Virus record (IMG/VR): IMGVR_UViG_3300046168_000070
Coordinates: 32,001-96,000 of that record
Length of the DNA stretch: 64,000 bases
Reading direction: 5' to 3' (one strand)
Source: a virus
Of the stretch, positions 60,704-64,000 are shown one piece after another (position 1 is the first letter of the stretch; each line of letters begins with the position of its first letter). The notes beneath the pieces are model-generated. The model was not told the origin of the DNA and made no database searches. It saw nothing but the letters and a program-made list of their open reading frames with translations. Made by a program: the position numbers and the translations under genes.

Positions 60704-61036
60704 CATAAATTGAGAAACAAACTCAAATAAATAAAATAAATCGATCTTTAAAATTTTTAACACTTTGGAAGGGCTTATAATCCTTCCTGTGGGTGACTGA
60801 ACAAGCTTGTCGTGAGCGAGCTAAAGTATGCAGATCCCTGTGGTGGGGATGACAGAGTCCAATCGGATGAGTCAAATGGCAAATACCACGCCTAGTCTGT
60901 AGTTCAAAGTAGGAAACTCGAAACTGAAAGTTTACGCCGAAACGATGGAGGTATCTCAGAACCCTCCCCCACACATATTTCCCCATCCCCCGCCCCTGCC
61001 CCTTCTAGAGAAATTCTAGGAGGGGCTTTTTGTTTT
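60704..61036 (+). ncRNA. Unidentified ~330 nt structured non-coding RNA
   Basis: Consensus promoter 60669-60697, no plus-strand ORF, many hairpins, long-range TGTGGG/CCCACA helix, loop-loop pairing, terminator 60998-61036. Confidence 0.75.
60998..61036 (+). terminator. Intrinsic terminator
   Basis: GCCCCTTCTAG/CTAGGAGGGGC 11-bp stem followed by TTTTTGTTTT. Confidence 0.9.
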
Positions 61037-61062
61037 GACATTCCCAAAAAACCTGCCATACT
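61035..61062 (+). promoter_or_regulatory. sigma70 promoter (leaderless)
   Basis: TTGACA-16-CATACT, ATG +7. Confidence 0.75.
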
Positions 61063-61069
61063 TATTATT

Positions 61070-61324
61070 ATGAAAACATTAAAAGACATATTATCAAACT
61101 ACGGATACATCACGAAACCTCAGCTTGCCGAGATCGTAGATTATTTCCCGCACATGAAGGTCGTCATTAAATGGGGCGGACTGCCCCGTGAACGGGTTCA
61201 TGCCTGGGAGGCAATCCAACGCATCGATAAAGTAGAGAGCGAGGATATTGACTACTGCCGAGAAGTTTTTCTCTGTGGCAAAGATTGCGAGAATCTTAGA
61301 ATAGCACTACATATAGCAAATTAA
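61070..61324 (+). CDS. Hypothetical protein
   Basis: ATG 7 nt after a -10 box. Confidence 0.6.
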   Translation: MKTLKDILSNYGYITKPQLAEIVDYFPHMKVVIKWGGLPRERVHAWEAIQRIDKVESEDIDYCREVFLCGKDCENLRIALHIAN

Positions 61325-61420
61325 GTGGAAATTATTCTAGGAGCACTAGTCATCACAATTTGTCTCGTTTTTAAACAAGATTAAATTCTTTATTCAATTC
61401 AATCATATCATATAATGACA

Positions 61421-61477
61421 TAGCAAATATACATACAACAAATATATAAGTAGCAAATATACAACAAATATATAAAG
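61421..61477 (+). repeat. Imperfect tandem repeat TAGCAAATATAC(ATAC)AACAAATATATAA x2
   Basis: Copies at 61421 and 61451; TAGCAAATATA also at 58917. Confidence 0.6.
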
Positions 61478-61518
61478 CTATAATTTAAACAAAAATTTAT
61501 AAAATTAAAATTCAATTC

Positions 61519-61648
61519 GTAAAGGGTTGAGCATCAGTATTTTGCGGGATCGCCCTGCCAACTTTTGCAATTATATGATATTCAACAACTTACAGCAAGA
61601 AAAGAGTTTTTGGCGATTTTCGCAATTATATGATAACCAACGAGTTAC
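61519..61648. repeat. Three 27-bp imperfect palindromes G(T/C)AA-N5-TGA-N3-(T/C)CA-N5-TT(A/G)C
   Basis: 61519..61545, 61567..61593, 61622..61648. Confidence 0.65.
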
Positions 61649-61666
61649 AACTATTTCAAAAAAAGC

Positions 61667-61694
61667 TTGACTTGCGGTAGTTTTCTGTCATAAT
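61667..61694 (+). promoter_or_regulatory. sigma70 promoter (leaderless)
   Basis: TTGACT-16-CATAAT, ATG +7. Confidence 0.75.
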
Positions 61695-61701
61695 TGTATA
61701 C

Positions 61702-62079
61702 ATGATCAGAACAAAAAGCGACAAAAGATACGACATCGACTTCAGCAAGAAGGTGTTCGTATATAAGAATCTTCACAAGGACTGTTGGTCAGTCAAGCAG
61801 GGCGGGCTTGTTAAAGCACACGCAGATAGCTTAGAGATGTGGGATTGCAGTTTCCAAGTAAACCAAAAGGGGCGGGCGAAAGTTATCCAAGAAAAGCGTA
61901 AGAATGTTCATGCGGGCATTTTAGGCAGGATAGACGACCTTGGCGGGACAGTTGCAATTGGTACAGAAATTACATACAACCCGTACAAGTATAGCTCTTT
62001 TGTAGAAAAAGACACAGAAAATCCTGTATATTATTCAGGATTTGCATCGTTAACCCATAACAGAGTATTAGCAGCATGA
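61702..62079 (+). CDS. Conserved phage hypothetical protein
   Basis: VFVYKNLHKDCWSV...EKRKNVHA...ITYNPYK pattern; own promoter. Confidence 0.6.
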   Translation: MIRTKSDKRYDIDFSKKVFVYKNLHKDCWSVKQGGLVKAHADSLEMWDCSFQVNQKGRAKVIQEKRKNVHAGILGRIDDLGGTVAIGTEITYNPYKYSSFVEKDTENPVYYSGFASLTHNRVLAA

Positions 62080-63511
62080 AAGAAGAATTAAAAGGAATTA
62101 AACATGCCATTGACGGATTGTCAGATGAAATGTTAGAGCATCGTCGTCATGGAAACATGGCGGATCTACTCAGAGTTATGCGTGACATTAATGAAAATCT
62201 ATGCACCATCAGCTATGAGCTCAAAGAATTAGTTAATCAGAGAAAAAACCTTGACATTGAACAAAAAATTTCATAGTATTATATCATGCAAGAAACAATA
62301 GACATCACACCAACATGGTCAGCACTCGTTCCTATTATGATCGAGGTGTTGAAAAACCCAAAAGCAAACAACACAGCAAAAGCAGAAGTAACCCAAGAAT
62401 TACTTCGCCTCGCAAAGATTGCAGACGACCAAAATGAAAGGGCAAAACAATGACATTATCAGAATCAATTATGGATATAGTAAGAGGCAACCTTGCATGG
62501 TCAGATCCCATGTCAACAGTTTGTCTTGACCAACATGAGCGTCACCCCGAAAAGTTTCCAAAGGGGAGTGCGTTTCAAAGTGAAGATGAAACTTTAGACG
62601 ACATCATTCGGGACTTGACATTATTACGAGATGAGCGTAGAATAGAATCATCTTTTCAATCAGCAGAACTATAACACAAGGAAAAATTATGACAGCAGTA
62701 TTAGACAAACCCGAACAAATCGAAATGTTTCGCTACAAAACACTCCTTAAAGGATTAAGGCTTGAGACGCTAGGAATGCAAATGAGTAGGGGCAGGTCTT
62801 GCTATTCTATCATCAAGCAAGAGTTTGGTCTTAAAGGTAGCAAGCAAAAAGTTTTTGATCAATTTAAATTAATGTTAGAACAAGTAAATGAAAGGGCAGT
62901 ATAATGACATCATCACAAGTAGAAGCACAAGTAGAATCCTGGAATTGGAATCTCAACATATTTGAAATTTATGATGAGATTAGAGATTATGCCGAACGAG
63001 ACAAAAAGCAATTACTCGCATTTGCTTATGACTTTTTCGGTAAAGATAAAGCGATGAAAGAGCTTGCATCTCACTTCGGAATCGACATTGCCTAATGAAC
63101 GACTTAGCCATTACCTATATTAAAAAAATCCAAGACCTTTTGGATGCCGACGAAGAAATCTTAATTGATAAAAATTCTTTTGAACTTAAAGAAAAAGACG
63201 GAGAAATTGATTTTGATGTTGACATGATCAAAGAAATGTACGATAATTAAACCATGACAAACACAACTATGAACACCTATATCGATGCAGTATGCGAAGG
63301 CAAACCTCTTGACCTTCCTAATTTTAATGAAGACACTGAGCAGTGGGAGCTAGCCTTTGAGGAATCAGAGACGCCATGGCACCCATACGATAGTGCAAAA
63401 GACATCTTATTTGTAAGTTTTGAGTCAGCTGAAGAAGTCACTGACGCTTACAATTATTACAACCAAAACCCTGCGATGGGTTTACAAGAAGTAGAAGGAG
63501 AACAATCCTAA
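62076..63511 (+). other. Small hypothetical genes (62076..62276, 62286..62453, 62450..62674, 62689..62904, 62904..63095, 63254..63511)
   Basis: ORF track plus hand translation; coupled stops and starts. Confidence 0.6.
62251..62279 (+). promoter_or_regulatory. sigma70 promoter (leaderless)
   Basis: TTGACA-17-TAGTAT, ATG +6. Confidence 0.8.
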
Positions 63512-63747
63512 TGTTAAGGAAACTCAAAAACAAGTTAGCTGCTTTGTTCAGCTCAACCTATAATGTCGTGTATACTACCGAAGATGGTAGAACACAAATG
63601 TATACAATCTCTAAACCTACGCATAAGCGTGAGTTTGGTAACGCTCGCGAGGGCAAGAGAGTCGTAGGCTTTCGTGCTCATTGCTTTAACCGCAACGGAA
63701 TTCGTTCTTTCCGTTATGATCGCATCATCTCTTTAGTAAGGGGGTAG
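63511..63747 (+). CDS. Stand-alone WYL-like small domain protein
   Basis: FRAHCFNRNGIRSFRYDRIISL matches the WYL C-terminal R.FR.DRI signature. Confidence 0.55.
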   Translation: MLRKLKNKLAALFSSTYNVVYTTEDGRTQMYTISKPTHKREFGNAREGKRVVGFRAHCFNRNGIRSFRYDRIISLVRG

Positions 63748-63940
63748 AATATGAAGAAACGCATTGAACATTTACGAGCACAAGTTCGCGAGCTAGCCCA
63801 TATGTTAGCCTGCGAAGAATCAGAAGGTATTTATTTATCAGAGCACAATGAGCGTCGGTCTCAGCATAATGCATTACTCGAGGAGCTCTATCATCTAGAG
63901 AAGCGTGTGTTCTGACCTTTCATGGTCATCGGTTAATCCA

Positions 63941-63972
63941 AGCCCCTCTCCAATCGGAGAGGGGTTTTTTGT
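63941..63972 (+). terminator. Intrinsic terminator
   Basis: CCCCTCTCC-AATC-GGAGAGGGG followed by T run. Confidence 0.9.
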
Positions 63973-64000
63973 TGATAATCAACGTTTTATGGAATTTCCC

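Noticed and set aside
60723-61089. Minus-strand ORFs 60723..60986 and 60904..61089
   Set aside because: Stop-free only because the segment is GC-rich; the promoter and terminator are on the plus strand and the pairing pattern indicates RNA
58841-61700. CRISPR array or tRNA genes in the non-coding stretches
   Set aside because: No regularly spaced identical repeats with unique spacers; no cloverleaf or GTTCGA T-arm found by eye (tRNAscan-SE would settle it)

Overview
A 64 kb fragment of a large, AT-rich tailed dsDNA phage genome using the standard genetic code. The host is probably a Planctomycetes/Verrucomicrobia (PVC) bacterium, inferred from DUF1549/DUF1553, DUF1501, SHD1-like and TIGR02001-like genes. 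Layout: (1) 1-7976, minus-strand lambda-like tail-tip operon (J, I, K, L) with a JmjC oxygenase upstream; (2) 8-14 kb, nucleases, a degenerate UvsE, a GNAT-like protein and an outer-membrane beta-barrel; (3) 14.2-26.4 kb, a 14-gene glycan synthesis/modification cluster including gmd, fcl and a GT11 fucosyltransferase; (4) 26.8-30.8 kb, a secreted DUF1549/1553 + Tat DUF1501 pair; (5) 30.8-58 kb, dNMP kinase, two SpeD-like proenzymes, an Ate/Bpt-like aminoacyl-transferase, RuvB, UvsE, frameshifted thyX, two homing-type nucleases, rIIA/rIIB and many small ORFs; (6) 58.8-64 kb, AT-rich spacers, repeats, small ORFs and two GC-rich structured non-coding elements. The strongest signals read directly from the sequence are about 30 sigma70 promoters (23 placed for leaderless translation), a second motif GTGTAA-N8-start codon in front of late-type genes, and a promoter/terminator-bounded ~330 nt structured RNA with a loop-loop interaction. 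All protein assignments are motif recognition by eye; no database search was run.
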